A stretch of 64,000 nt of DNA, from NCBI RefSeq assembly GCF_030028105.1, contig NC_092371.1, positions 46,738,439-46,802,438 of the forward strand. Reading direction: 5' to 3'. Shown here one piece after another: positions 1-11,952 of the stretch. The first letter of the stretch is position 1; each line of letters opens with the position of its first letter. The notes beneath the pieces are model-generated. The model ran no database searches, was not told the DNA's origin, and saw only the letters and a list, made by a program, of their open reading frames with translations. The stretch comes from Mobula birostris (Eukaryota). Both the position numbers and the translations under genes were made by a program.

Positions 1-652
1 GATCAGAGGCAGAGAGGATCAGCAACTTTAAATTCATGTGTGTTATCATTTCAGAGGACCTGTCCTGTGCCCAGCACATAAGTGCAATTACAAATAAAGC
101 ATGGTAGTGCCTCTACTCCCTTAGAATGGAAAATCCAACAAAATTTATTGGAAACAGCCCAGTCCATCATACCATTGAGTATAGCTACTCATAGTGCTGT
201 CACAGGAGAGCAGCATCCTAATCAGGGATCCCCACCAACCAGGATATGTTCTCTTCTCACACGTGCCATTGGGAAGAAGGTACAGGAGCCTAAGGACTCA
301 CACCATCAGATTCAGGAACAGTTATTACCCCTCAGCCATCAGGCTCTTGAACCAAAGGGAATAATTTCACTCAACTTCACTTGCCCCATCATGGAAATGT
401 TCTCACAACCTATAGACGCACTTTGAAGGACTCCTTGTCTCATGTTCTTGATATTTATTGCTTATTTATTTATTATTATTATTATTATTTCTTTCATTTG
501 CATTTGCCACGTCTGTTGTCTGGGTGAATGCCTAGGTTGGTGCAGTATTTCATTGATTCTATCGTTTATTATTCAATTATTGGTTTATTGAGTATGCCCA
601 CAAGAAAATGAACCTCAGGATTGTACGTGCACTTTGATGATAATTTTACTTT
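1..652 (+). mobile_element. Rex1/Babar-type non-LTR retrotransposon, decayed 3' fragment
   Basis: Opens with a degenerate ERISNFKF-like RT C-terminal segment. AT-rich 3' UTR resembles the minus-strand copy at 40470-40910. Confidence 0.65.
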
Positions 653-654
653 GT

Positions 655-905
655 TCAAGGGGTGCACAGAGAAGTTAGGGGAGGGAAGGTAAAGGGTATG
701 ATGTGAGAAGCTGGATGAAAGAGGCAAAGGCTTAAAAAAGGAACCTATAGGAGAGGACAGTAGATCATGGAATAATGGGAAGGAGGTGGGCTATGAGAGG
801 GAGGAAGGTAAAGGTGATGGGCAGGTCATGGAAGTGGGGGTGGGGGGGGGAGTAGGGGAATCAAAAGATAAAGGATCCAGAATGAAAAGGTGGTGCTGGA
901 GGGAG
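655..905 (-). mobile_element. Decayed Penelope-like 3' region remnant
   Basis: Purine-rich tract (ataggagaggacag, tgatgggcagg) resembling the reverse complement of the pyrimidine-rich tail at 2460-2700. Confidence 0.4.
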
Positions 906-2159
906 GTGTCTGCATTATACCAGAGATCTTAATGCTGCATGTTATATTTTTAAAAGCTCTGTCATTTAAAACTCATTGTACTTTGAAGAAGAACATTGTT
1001 GCAAAGTTCTAGTGCTGTGCTTCTACTCCAGATGGTTTAAAGTGCACTGAGATCCGAGTGTGTTTCGAGCTATTATTTTGGGTTTGCAGTTGTAGAGATT
1101 TGTTTGACAAATGATAACTACAATGCCAAATAAGGCCATGACGGTTCAAAGTTTATTTCTTCGTCTCTAGTGAACTGATGAGCATTTGAACCAACGATGT
1201 GGAAAGTCCATTAAATCAGTAACAGATGATGAAGGGTCTTAAGGATCCTTTAAGTAATTTGTTTGGAACCTACGTATACATTAGTGTACTTGACTGCAGG
1301 TGTATTTAATTGGGCTATTTGTTGAGTAGCTGTCAGGTTTGCATATGTAAAGAGATGCCTGCCATGTTGGTATTCAGACTCTGAGATGATTAATACAAGA
1401 TGCAGCAAGTGCAGCCTTGCCTTGAAAACTGAAGGCCATATATGGAGAGTGAGGAGCTGTATTCATATTCTTCCAGTACTTGATTGTATTGGCATTTAAT
1501 TCAGACCTTTTTTCCCTCTGAATTAGCCTTTGTTTCAAAGTCTAGCTGAGACTGAGAAGGAATTTGGACTTTTTGCCTCCTCTTTACAGAATGGATTCAC
1601 TTTAAGTTGAATAGCTTTCTTGAAATCAATAGTAGTTACAGAGTGACGGCCATGTTAAGGTGGCACCAACTGACGATATCACATGGATTAAAGTTAATTC
1701 CTGAAGTACTGTCTTGGATGACATGGATCTTCTGGTAAGGATGGTGCTGGCAAGACACAGCAATGCTTTACTGGCAACCAAGACTAATAACTATTCTATT
1801 AATTAAACTTTTTCTGGGGTCTGGACTATGGTCACTGCAATCCCAGCCTATAATTTCCCTTTGAGAGTTGTGCTTTTGAACCACCTGTGCGCCCTGGCAA
1901 TTCTGGGCTATCCTGAAGGATTCAGCAAGAATACAGGTATGACCATGGTGGCCATTGCTGGAGCAGACTTGGGTCTGGATCGAAGCGGCAGAGCCCTGGG
2001 CCCAAAAGCAAAAAATGAATCAATATTTGGCTGACTTAAGCTCCAAGCCAGATTAAAAATATCAAAGCATCAAGGCCAAGGGCAAAGGACGAACTCGTGT
2101 TCAACTCACTACCTGAAAGCTTACTTGCCTCAGCGCTGAATTGGCTTTGTGGCTGTCGT

Positions 2160-2830
2160 TGACGCAGACTGGCAGATCGTTTCGCTGAACACCTACGCTC
2201 TGTCCGCCAGAAAAAGCAGGATCTCCCAGTGGCCGCACGTTTTAATTGCTTGTCCCATTCCCATTCTGATATGTCTATCCACAGCCTCCTCTACTGTAAA
2301 GATAAAGCCACACTCAGGTTGGAGGAACAACACCTTGTATTACATCTGGTTAGCCTCCAACCTGATGGCATGAACATTGACTTCTCTAACTTCCGTTAAT
2401 GCCCCACCTCCCCCTCGTACCCCATCTGTTATTTAATTATATACACACATTCTTTTTCTCTCTCTCCTTTTTCTCCCTCTGTCCCTCCCACTATACACCT
2501 TGCCCATCCTCTGGGCTTCCCCCCCACCACTTTTTTTTCTCCCTAGGCCTCCTGTCCCATGATCCTCTCATATCCCTTTTGCCAATCAACTGTCCAGCTG
2601 TTAGCTCCATCCCTCCCCCTCCTGTCTTCTCCTATCATTTCAGATCTCCCCCTTCCCCTCCCACTTTCAAATCTCTTACTGTCTCTTCTTTCAGTTAGTC
2701 CTGACGAAGGGTTTCAGCCCGAAACGTCGACTGTACCTCTTCCTAGAGATGCTGCCTGGCCTGCTGCGTTCACCAGCAACTTTGATGTGTGTTGCTTGAA
2801 ATTCCAGCATCTGCAGATTCCCTTGCGTTT
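2160..2830 (+). mobile_element. Penelope-like element, 5'-truncated (GIY-YIG C-terminus plus pseudo-LTR)
   Basis: Encodes RRLADRFAEHLRSVRQKKQDLPVA...NIDFSNFR-stop, then a pyrimidine-rich UTR and a hammerhead motif. Highly similar to 40920-41577 and 42108-42853. Confidence 0.9.
2697..2732 (+). ncRNA. Minimal type I hammerhead ribozyme (Penelope-associated)
   Basis: agtc-CTGACGA-a-gggt-ttca-gccc-GAAA-cg-TC-gact: intact core boxes, stem I agtc/gact, stem II, palindromic ACGT stem III, GUC cleavage triplet. Confidence 0.85.
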
Positions 2831-3349
2831 TCAATTTCCTGGATTGGCTTTAATTGCTTTATCACTGAACTGGCCCCGTGGCTGTGTTCTCACCTTCAGA
2901 AACTATGCCATAGACGCTCTGTGTGTTATTTTTTTACATTTTTTATTGTTCTTGCTGTGGCAATGTGGATTTCCTTTTGAGGCTCCGGTTTCTTCCCACC
3001 TCTCAAAAGAGCGCTGATTGCTAGGGTAGTGTGCATTATGTTTGATCATCGAAATTGCTTCATTTATGACTCTAACTGTGATGAGAATGTAGTTCCTTAT
3101 GAAACCTGCATGGGTCAGCTGTTAGGTTCTCACCCTTTGTATTCTCCCTGTAATATGATCCTTGTGAGGCCACTCCATGCCCATGTTAGTGTTCTGAGCA
3201 TACCTAAAATCTTAGGTGGGGTAATAAATGCAAGGACAAAACAGTTGCAGCTTACATTGACAATGAGAATAAAGGATCAAGATATGCAATAGCTGCCAGT
3301 GTGAACATTCTGCAGGTATAATTCAGCAACAAATAGTGAACTGAACTTT

Positions 3350-4158
3350 TGGAGAAGATGGCGCCAATGAGCAATGCAATCAAAGGCGACATCCTTCAGA
3401 CAATTCACAAAATTACTTCTTTTCCTTCCTTTACTTTTTCTTTCAAATATAATTCAGCTGCTATTGGAGCTGAATCATATTATGTTTGATGATGTGTTTT
3501 TGGGCAGATTGAGCATTCTGACACTTTGCTGTCCCTGAGGGAGTTGGGTGAGGTTCCCAGAGAAGAGTGTGGAGGCCAAGAAGCCTGGAGACTGAACGCG
3601 AGCCCGTGACTGACTGCATTTCTCACTGATCTCGCTGATAAAAATGGATTGCCTTGCTCTCGCTCGCTTCTCCCAGAGGAAGGTTCCAGCGTTCGATTGG
3701 TCTCTCTCTCACTCGTTGCTGCCACGTGCTTGGGTCTTGGGCAAGGTTTAATCAAAGCAGTTTGTGGGCGGGACTGTAGTTCACGTTATGTGATGTGTTT
3801 CTGGTTCTGATTGCACTTTATTTGTTGCTATTTTGTGCGAATTTGATTGGGGCTGACTGGCTCTATGTTCTACAGTCAATGAGCGGCACAAAGCTAGATT
3901 GAACTGAACCGAGCTGAATCAGAACATTCCTCGACTGTTTCGTGGACTTCATGGATTGATGTTTATATTCTGTGTTTTACAATTTTTTTTTGCTGTTTGT
4001 TCAACCTGTTCTTTTTTTGCGCATTGGGGCTTTGATGTTTTTCTTTGAATGATTTCCCTGGTTTTCTTTATTTTCTTAGCTGTCTGTGGGAAGACAGAAT
4101 CTCAGGGTTGTATGCTACATACATGCTTCGATCATAAATGTACTCTGAAGCTTTGAAT
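3350..4158 (+). mobile_element. Non-coding retroposon with AAGATGGCG head and Rex1/Babar-like 3' tail
   Basis: 5' gaagatggcgcc. 3' aatctcagggttgta...ataaatgtactctgaagctttgaa resembles the tails at about 610-650 and 50900-50957. No RT coding capacity seen. Confidence 0.55.
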
Positions 4159-4159
4159 T

Positions 4160-4740
4160 ATTGTAAGATGGAATGTAAGATGCCATTCCTCTAGTTTACA
4201 TTTAGCTTCACTATGGCTACATATAGATAGTTTGGAATAGGAGTGGGATTCAGAATTGAAGTGACATGCAACAGAAAGCTCAGGATCACCTCTGCAGAGT
4301 GAGAGCAGGTGATGCATAAAGTATTTATCCAATCTGCTTTTAGTTTCTCCATTGTAGAGGAGGATCACACTGTGAATATCAAATCATAAAATTATATTAG
4401 GAGAGGTGTAAGTGAATTGCTGCTTCACAAGAAATGATGTTTTGGGTTCCTAGATGTGGGGGGGGGGGGAAGGGAAGAGGTGAATGCACTAATGCTGCAT
4501 CATCTCCAGTGTAAGGGAAGCTGTTATGAGGCAGACAGCCGAGATGGAAGAGGAGCAAATCCAGAAGTCATGAGTGAAGAGTTAATGTGAAATTCAGAAA
4601 GTGGATAGGAAGCAAAGATGTGACAATTGATGGGTCACGTTGGAGCTGACTGAAATTGTAAAAGATAATAATACATTAAAAGCGATGGTTGGTGGAGTGT
4701 CAGGTGAATGTAAGGGAACTCTATCTTTTTTCTAATCCAT
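4160..4740 (-). mobile_element. Old Penelope-like GIY-YIG fragment
   Basis: Minus ORF 4132-4368 contains LSVACHFNSESHSYS and KLEEWHLTFHL, homologous to PVATHFNSTSHSHS and RLEEQHLIF in 42498-42791. Confidence 0.7.
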
Positions 4741-5139
4741 GGTAGTACATCATCTCCTATACCATTTACTACAATGTTGTTTAATGACATCCTATGCATT
4801 ATTTTTACTGATCTTCTGAAAGTTCAGATACACTTTATCTATCCTACTATTCAAAAGCAAAAATATTCTTAACAATTTGTCAAACACGATCTTGCTGTCA
4901 TAATTCCATGACTCTGACCAATGTTATTATTTCTGACTGTAAACAATTCCTTAAAAAAGATTCCAAAATTTTTCATTCAACTGATGTCAAACTGATTTGT
5001 AGTTCCCTGTTTTCTCCCCCTTTTTGTTTCTATAGCCATGAAGTTGCATTTGCTAACTACAAATCTGTGGGAACGGTACTAGAACCTGTAGTTTTGGAAG
5101 ATGATAACCACCATGTCAACAGTATTGTGACGATAGATG

Positions 5140-5352
5140 TGGCAAGGTTGCATAGCGGTTTAGAGTCGTGATGCTTGATAGTGCCAGTGATCCAGGATCA
5201 GATCCCGCCACTGTCCTTTCTCCCCTCGACGGCAGGGGTTTGCTCCCACATCCCAATGACGTAGTGGTTAATAGGTTAATTGGTCTGATGATTGTAACTG
5301 GACATCATGGACATGTTGGTCTGGAAGGGCCTGTTACCATGCCTTATCTTTA
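5140..5352 (+). mobile_element. tRNA-derived V-SINE/HE1-like SINE, degenerate
   Basis: Degenerate A/B-box-like head (ggttgcatagcggtt, ggatcagatccc), core ctcccacatcccaa, CR1-like tail gaagggcctgtt. Confidence 0.55.
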
Positions 5353-5412
5353 AATAAGGGTTTCTTAACCTTTTTATGCTATAGTCTCCAACCATTAGCC
5401 AAAGGGTCCAGG

Positions 5413-8400
5413 TGTAATGTACATATCTATTTCTCTTAGAACAATGACCCCTCCCCCCTTAGCACTATGTATTGATCTGTTGTCTGAGCATATGCTGGTG
5501 TCTATGCATGCACATTGCTCTCTCTCTCTCTCGCTCTTTCACTGCATTGTGAATGCACCAGTTAAAGCCGTCTCCTGTGTCCATGCTTTTTATTTAAAAT
5601 AGATGTAGTTGTGCACAGACATAACAAGATGCTGACGAGTATGAACCTGAATGTCAGAGGACATCATGAACTGCACCGACAGTTACGGGATGAAAGAGCA
5701 GGAGTTAAACAGTGCAAGAAGGTCGTCACAGATGCTAACAAATGCATAGTGAAAGTTGCACTGAATTTAAAGTGAAAACAATGTGGTGATGGTTTCAGTC
5801 GGGGAAAGTTGACGAATTTGATAGCGCTAATGAAGGCAGGGAGTTGTATATCGAGAGGGTTGAACTTCATTGTAAAGCGAACAACGTGGAGGAAAAAAAG
5901 AAAGCTCCTACAAATCTTAGCTTAATGGGTACAAGGAGGTACAGTCTTTTGTAACCCCTGAAAAACCAGCAAGCAAGGCGTTCAACAAAATTGTTACAAT
6001 TTTACAAAATCACTTGAGCCCTAAACTGCTGGCAATACCTGAGATTTTGATTTTACAAAAGGACCCAGTCAAAGGATCAAAGCATTTCTGAATATATTGC
6101 AGAATTGTGCAAAGTTTCCTAGTACTTTGACTTTAGATATGGACTTCTGATGCATTAAGGAGCAGGCTTGTAAGTGGCATGCAGAGTCAAAGCACTCTAA
6201 TGAGGCTAGTGGAAGAAAGGGGCTGAATCTTAGAACAGGCATTGACCATTGCAATATTGTTAAGAGAGTGAAGCAAAGGATGCAGCAGAACTACAGAAAA
6301 AGAGGTTAAAATGCAAAATGCACAAAATGTCCCTGAGTGGTGCAAAAAGCCAAAGGTGTTATCAATGTGGCAAATCTCCCGTGATGCAAATGTCTATTGG
6401 TTCAAAGAAAATGTCTGCAGAAAGTGTCACAGACAAGGTCACACAAAATGTACAAGGCAGACAAAAAGAAGAACTGAGTGAAAAGTCTCAAACACAAAGC
6501 TCATCAAATAATGTAACTGAATGTAAAACAGAGTGAGGCAACACAGAGTCTAACAAAGGTGAACTGTCATGTCTAGAACTGCATGTATAACTGAAGCAGA
6601 TCACAAAATCAGGTGGATCACAATAGATGTGTCCAGTGTAAAACTGAGAATGGAGCTGGATACAGGGTCAGCTTTGTCCATAATTCCAGAGGCTGACTAC
6701 AACAGACTGTTTTCTAAGGTACCATTAGAGAAGACCTCAGTGATGCTAAAGACCTACACAGGTGAAAAGTGTCCCCCAAAGGCAAACTGAAAGTGAAGTT
6801 GACATATGGAAGCAGTTAGTGCTTTATGTATTGAAAAGTGGAGGGCCTACACTTTTCAGATGTGACTGGTGTGAAAAATCCAACTATGCTGACATTCAAT
6901 CAAAGCTCTCAGTGTGGCATCAACAGGCAACCACAACCCAAGCAGTAGCACTAATCAAAGGCTGTCATAGCTGCTTAATGCAAATCAGAAGATATTTGAG
7001 AAGAAATAAATAAACAGATCTGAGACTTGGCCAAAAGCTGTTCAGGATGTCAAAAATTCAAAATGCACCTCCAGAGGCACCGTTACACTCATGGGAGCTG
7101 CCGTCAACACTATGGCAAAGAGTACACATTGACTTTGCTGGGCCATTCATGGAGTCCATGGTCCTCATTACTGTGGATGCTCATTCGAAGTGGCTGGAGG
7201 TTATACCAACAAAATCAATTACCTCAGCAAAGACTGTCTCCATTCTGAGGACTATCTTCACTAGAAGATAGAAGATGGAACATAGAACATAAAAATCACA
7301 GCACATTAAGGCCCTTCAGCCCCCAATGCTGTGCTGACCATGTAACCTACTCTAGAAATTGCTTAGAATTACCCTACCACATAGCCCCCTATTTTCTTAA
7401 GCTCCGTGTACCACACAGCTTTGAGATTGACTTACCAAAACAAATAGTAAGTGACAACAGACCACAATAGATGTTAGAAGAATTCTGACTGTTCATGAAG
7501 AAAAATGGCATCAGACACTTCAAGTCAGCTCCTCACCACACAGCAACAAAGGGGTTAGCTGAAAGGTTTATCCAAACATTCAGGAAGTCGATTAAAGTGA
7601 TGAAAAAGGAAGACATTTCTCTACAGCACAAGGTGGACAACTTCCTTTTTGTGTATCAGAACTCCGTTCATGTGATACCTGCAATACTCTTCATGAACAG
7701 GAATTTGGGATCTCTCATAGATCTCCTGAAACCAGATCTATGGAGGCAAGTGCAGACTGCAGTTCCACCAGTTGCCAACTGAAGCCGTAAAAAGTTTCAA
7801 GATTGGACAAGGAGTCCTTGTGCATGATTACTGAGAAGACAAGTGGGCACTCAATAGGATGGCTGCAGGAAATGGACCACCTATGTACACAGTGGATGTT
7901 GGATATCAGACATGGAGACGTCATGTGGACTAGATACTGGTTGCTCAACCAAAGAACACACCTGAGTCAATTGCATCCAACAAGATGGACACATTACGGT
8001 CACTCGGCTTACCTCTTAGTGATGATGTCACCGACACCAATGTGACACAGGAATCTGAAAATGTTGTCTTAGACAAGACACTAACCAAACCCGCTGCCAC
8101 TCCATAGGTTCTGAGGCGATATCCTGAAAGAAACAGAGTGCCACCCAAAAGACTGAACCTTTAGAACTGTGAAGTTAGTTAAGGACTGTTATTGTTAAAG
8201 CATGTTTATTCAGAACATGGGTTTATGAAAGAGAAATTAAATGTTTTGTACATGTACAGTTTTATGTTGCATTAATCTAAAGGGAAGGAAGTGTAATGTA
8301 TGGATCTATTTCTTTTAGAGCAATGACTGCCCCCCCCCTTAGTACTACGTATTGATCTGTTGTCTGTGCATGCGCTGTTGCCTATGCATGTACATTGTTC

Positions 8401-8487
8401 TTTTTTTTGCTGCAATTGAATACACCAATTAAAGCCATCGTCCATGTCCATGCTTTTATTTAATACATATGAAGTTGAGCACAGACA
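5413..8487 (+). mobile_element. Ty3/Gypsy LTR retrotransposon, decayed, RT and RNase H deleted
   Basis: LTRs 5413-5626 and 8292-8487 both begin tgtaatgta. PPT aaagggaaggaag before the 3' LTR; CAGG at 5409-5412 and 8488-8491. Remnants of Gag knuckle CYQCGK (about 6357), protease MELDTGS (about 6650), integrase WQRVHIDFAGPF (about 7112) and SAPHHTATKGLAERFIQTF (about 7525). Confidence 0.9.
7268..7420 (-). mobile_element. CR1 LINE 3'-end fragment inserted in the Gypsy integrase
   Basis: catagaacat-type tail followed by cagcac...aggcccttcagccc, as at 31759 and 49995. Confidence 0.7.
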
Positions 8488-8844
8488 CAGGACCAAGGAC
8501 CCCAGGTTGAGGACTCCTGCTCTTAATAATACAAAAAATAAATAACCAAAGCCTTGGATCATCAGGTTCCATGGATTTATTATCATTTAGTCCAATACTT
8601 TTTCCAGTACTTTATTTTTACTAATTGCAAATTCCATGAGCTCTTCATTTATTCTAGGCCTTTACTCCACCACAATTTCTGTAAGGTTTTCTGTGTCCTC
8701 TTGCATTGTATATATTTCATTTATTTGTTATTCCTTTATTTTCTCCAATGTAGCTTCTGAATCAGTCTGTTCTGTAAGTCTGCTCTGTCACTGTATTTCA
8801 CAAGGAATCCAATGGCTGAATCCTGTCTTGCTGCTCTACTCAGA

Positions 8845-8937
8845 AACACACAACAATTCTGGAGGGGTTCAATGGATCAAGAAGCATCTATGGAGGGAAA
8901 TGAGCAGTGGACTGCTCGAGTCGAGACACTTCATCCG
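8845..8937 (-). mobile_element. Penelope pseudo-LTR mini-insertion with decayed hammerhead
   Basis: Reverse complement reads ggatgaagtgtctcgactcgagcagt, a degenerate core. Flanked by actcaga at 8838-8844 and 8942-8948. Confidence 0.55.
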
Positions 8938-10180
8938 CTACACTCAGACTTGGAGCAGGATTGGAAACCCCCTTCAGTTTAATGGAGAATCTCACCCATG
9001 AGAAAAAAAATTTTAAAATTATTTTACATAAGTACTTTGATTTGTAAATAAATTACGTCACTCATTCATTTTAGGTCTGGTTGTTCTTGACAGTGTAGGA
9101 GCCCGTTCCACATAGCAATTTGAATTCCTATCAGTTTCGTGCAGTTACCTGGGCCAATTATTTTAAGAAGCCTTGCTAAATTTAGCAGAAATGGGGCAGG
9201 AAACATGGCAATGCAGCGTTTGCGTAGATTTTCCATTTGACTGTGCGGTAGGACTTGAAACCACAATCTCCTGAATTGAATCTGAGAGTGCCATCATTGC
9301 AGCAAAGCTGACACCATTCCATCAGTGCAGATGCTCACTGAGTTTGCCCACAGTTAGGAGACGAACTTTGATCAATCTGACACACTAATCTGAACTGCAC
9401 GGGAGATGAATAGTGACACCCTGGCAAAGAGGCATGCACTGCAAATACAAGTTCTTATCTTCATCCGCGTGTTTACAATAAGGATTTATGGTTAAGTAAA
9501 AGCATTATTACAGATACTTAATATCTGCCATTTCCTTTCAATGTAGTTTCCCATCAAGATATTGATGTATTCTTTAAATATACAGTAAATAACAGTTGAT
9601 TGGAGTTCTGTTGCCTTGGCTGACGTGACAGCTTTATAGCACACTGACACTGAAGCTCATTGAAATGCAAACTGCAGTGTTATCAGTGATCAGAACAGTT
9701 TTATTCTCAAAGTGGAACAAAATGGGAACATCTGTGACATTTGGTTTCTATTCTGCTCACTGAGTTCCTTGATGAACTTGAAGGTAAAGGCCTTGGCCTG
9801 TGTAAAGCTCTGTTTTACTCTAAGGATGTAGACATGGCTTTGAGTGATTCTAAGTCAAACCCTGAATCAATAAATTCCTATGTCATACCACTGTGTCATA
9901 TTCTGGTGTTTAAAGACATGTACCTATGTACCATTAAGTATACTGGGTGGAAGCATACTCTCTTTTAGCCACCACTTCCATACAATGTCCTTGGAGCAGC
10001 CCAGTTTATGCCTGAACATTGAACCACTGAAATCAGAAACAGAGGCCAGCACATTTTGTATTCCACTCCAGTACTGAACTTAGCTCAGAGCTTGGCAGCG
10101 GGGCATAGACGTGTTGAGTCTGAAGAGATACAGGCACAGAAGGGAGTTGCTGACCTTGAAAATGTAAAGTAAAGTCCAAG

Positions 10181-10329
10181 TCAGCACGGTAGTCTGTGCT
10201 GCTCCCTCAATGCTCCAGAGACAAGTGTTTGGTTCTAATCTTGGGTGATGTTTGGGCGGGGTTTGCCTGTTCTCTCCTTGACCTTGTATTTTCTTTGGGT
10301 GCTTCATTCAACTCCCATTATCCCAAAAA
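10181..10329 (+). mobile_element. V-SINE/HE1-like SINE fragment
   Basis: cagcacggtag head and core gtttgcctgttctctccttgacc...gggtgct...ctcccattatcccaaa. Confidence 0.5.
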
Positions 10330-11952
10330 TTCGCTGGAAGGAAGGTGAGGAGGAATGTTTGAATGTTCCTCTGTGTCATAAATTAGAAGGCTTCTTTGAT
10401 TTACTTTCTGCTTCCATAATGTCTAGTAGTTTCAGGAATTTTAGGGTTTTTTTTGTTTTTTATCTATGTTTTAGTAAATAACTTAGTCTAGATAGCTTTT
10501 GTAAAATATCTGATAGTCAGTGGCATTTTAAAATAGTTCAATAGCTAGCTGTTAAGCAACCATCTGTGAATTCTTAGGATGATCTGAAGCCCAGGTTTAC
10601 CTCATTACCAGTGACCTGCACCTCATACTACAGCCCTGTCAGCAGGAGTGGCACTGCAGAGTAGCAAGAGATAAATTGTGGTGCCAATTAACTTAAAGTC
10701 CCGAGACAAGGGTAGGGAATGAGTGCAGGCAGGGGCCCAACTGAGCCTTTTGCCCAGCATCACGCTGTGTCAGACACTGGAGGGTAAAGACTGCTGCAAT
10801 AGGTGATTCGGGTTAGACAATCTGTCTAACTACCTGAATTGTTGGTGTAGCTGAGGCTGCACAATTATATCACAATGGCATCATGCATCTGGGATAAAAA
10901 TCTATATTATCCTTTTCGTGTAAACATTTTTTTTACAAGTTCCAACACTACTTCGGTGTCTCATATTATTAACTATAATTTTATATGCGTAGTAGCTCAG
11001 GGTTCTGTTAAAAGTCTGCCTGCTGTTATTCAGTAGCCAGGTACTCTGAGTGTGAACATTATGTGGGCTGGGTGTGAATGATCTGTAGTGGAAAAGCTCA
11101 GCAGCCCTCACTGACCATTAAAAGTAGCCATTTGAATGTGGTGCCAGTGACTAGGACTGTCTCAGCAACAGGCCTTGCCTTTAGGAGAGAAGGAAATGAA
11201 ATGAAAAGAAAAATCCATTGTGCACACCGATTGGTATGCTACTGTCCGAGTAATCCATCTGAGGCTAGGCTGTTCTAACGAATGGTGCTGAGGCCTATCA
11301 TCTCTGTTGCAATCAGAATAATAGAGCACAGCACCTATTAGTTTCTCAAAATTTCAAACTGATTTGGAGCTATTTTTATCATGGAAAATGGTCTTTGAAG
11401 GAGAGGTTAATTCTGTCAAAGAACAATTTGTTCCATTTCTGAAAAGTTTTTTTTCAGGTATTAAAGAGATGATTCTGTGATCTTTGGTTTTCTAGAGAAA
11501 ACGCCAAGGTACTGTTATAATTAAATGCAGGCACTGGAAAATAAATGTAATCAGGATATATATTTGTCCAGATTGCTCAGCTTGGCAAATAAAACACAGA
11601 AATTACTTAAAATTTTCCTTGTTCCAAGATAAAAATAGTTAATAAATGAAAATATATCTCAGAGTTAAATCTGTTTCTTTCTTTGAAAATCTATTCACAG
11701 AGATAAAGAGCAAAGATGGAATAACTTGCAATTTACCATGACAGAATTTCATAATTTTAATATATTATGGTTTTGGCTCATGCTGGATCTCAGGTTGCAT
11801 CCTAGGGTCAAAAATGCATCAGCCAGGTGGTGATGGCCTTTCACTGGCCCTCCACATCTCAGAATCTAGTAGCTTAGTTTGGATGACAACTTCCCCCAGT
11901 TGGCTGAGTGTAGGATCTGAATTCGCAAACGTACTGACAATCTTCACCAGAA

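Larger units (their letters stand above)
1657..2950 (+). mobile_element. Old non-autonomous retroposon interrupted by a Penelope fragment
   Basis: Starts aaggtggcacc, similar to the aagatggcgcc start at 3355. Body resembles 3350-4158 and resumes after 2830. Boundaries approximate. Confidence 0.35.
5356..8519. mobile_element. Short hAT-type MITE split by the Gypsy insertion
   Basis: Degenerate TIRs aagggtttcttaacct (5356-5371) and aggttgaggactcctg (8504-8519). Flanks ctttaaat/ctcttaat match 6 of 8, consistent with a decayed 8-bp TSD. Confidence 0.55.

Noticed and set aside
2559-3017. Recurrent peptide SVSPDEG..PETSTVPLP in several ORFs (also 40838, 42003, 46185)
   Set aside because: It is a translation of the hammerhead and pseudo-LTR sequence; the conservation is better explained at the RNA level.
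5140-5215. tRNA gene
   Set aside because: Only a degenerate tRNA-derived SINE head; no cloverleaf can be drawn.
11814-11952. Novel N-terminal extension on the Rex1 RT ORF
   Set aside because: Flanking DNA upstream of the 5' truncation point that happens to be open.
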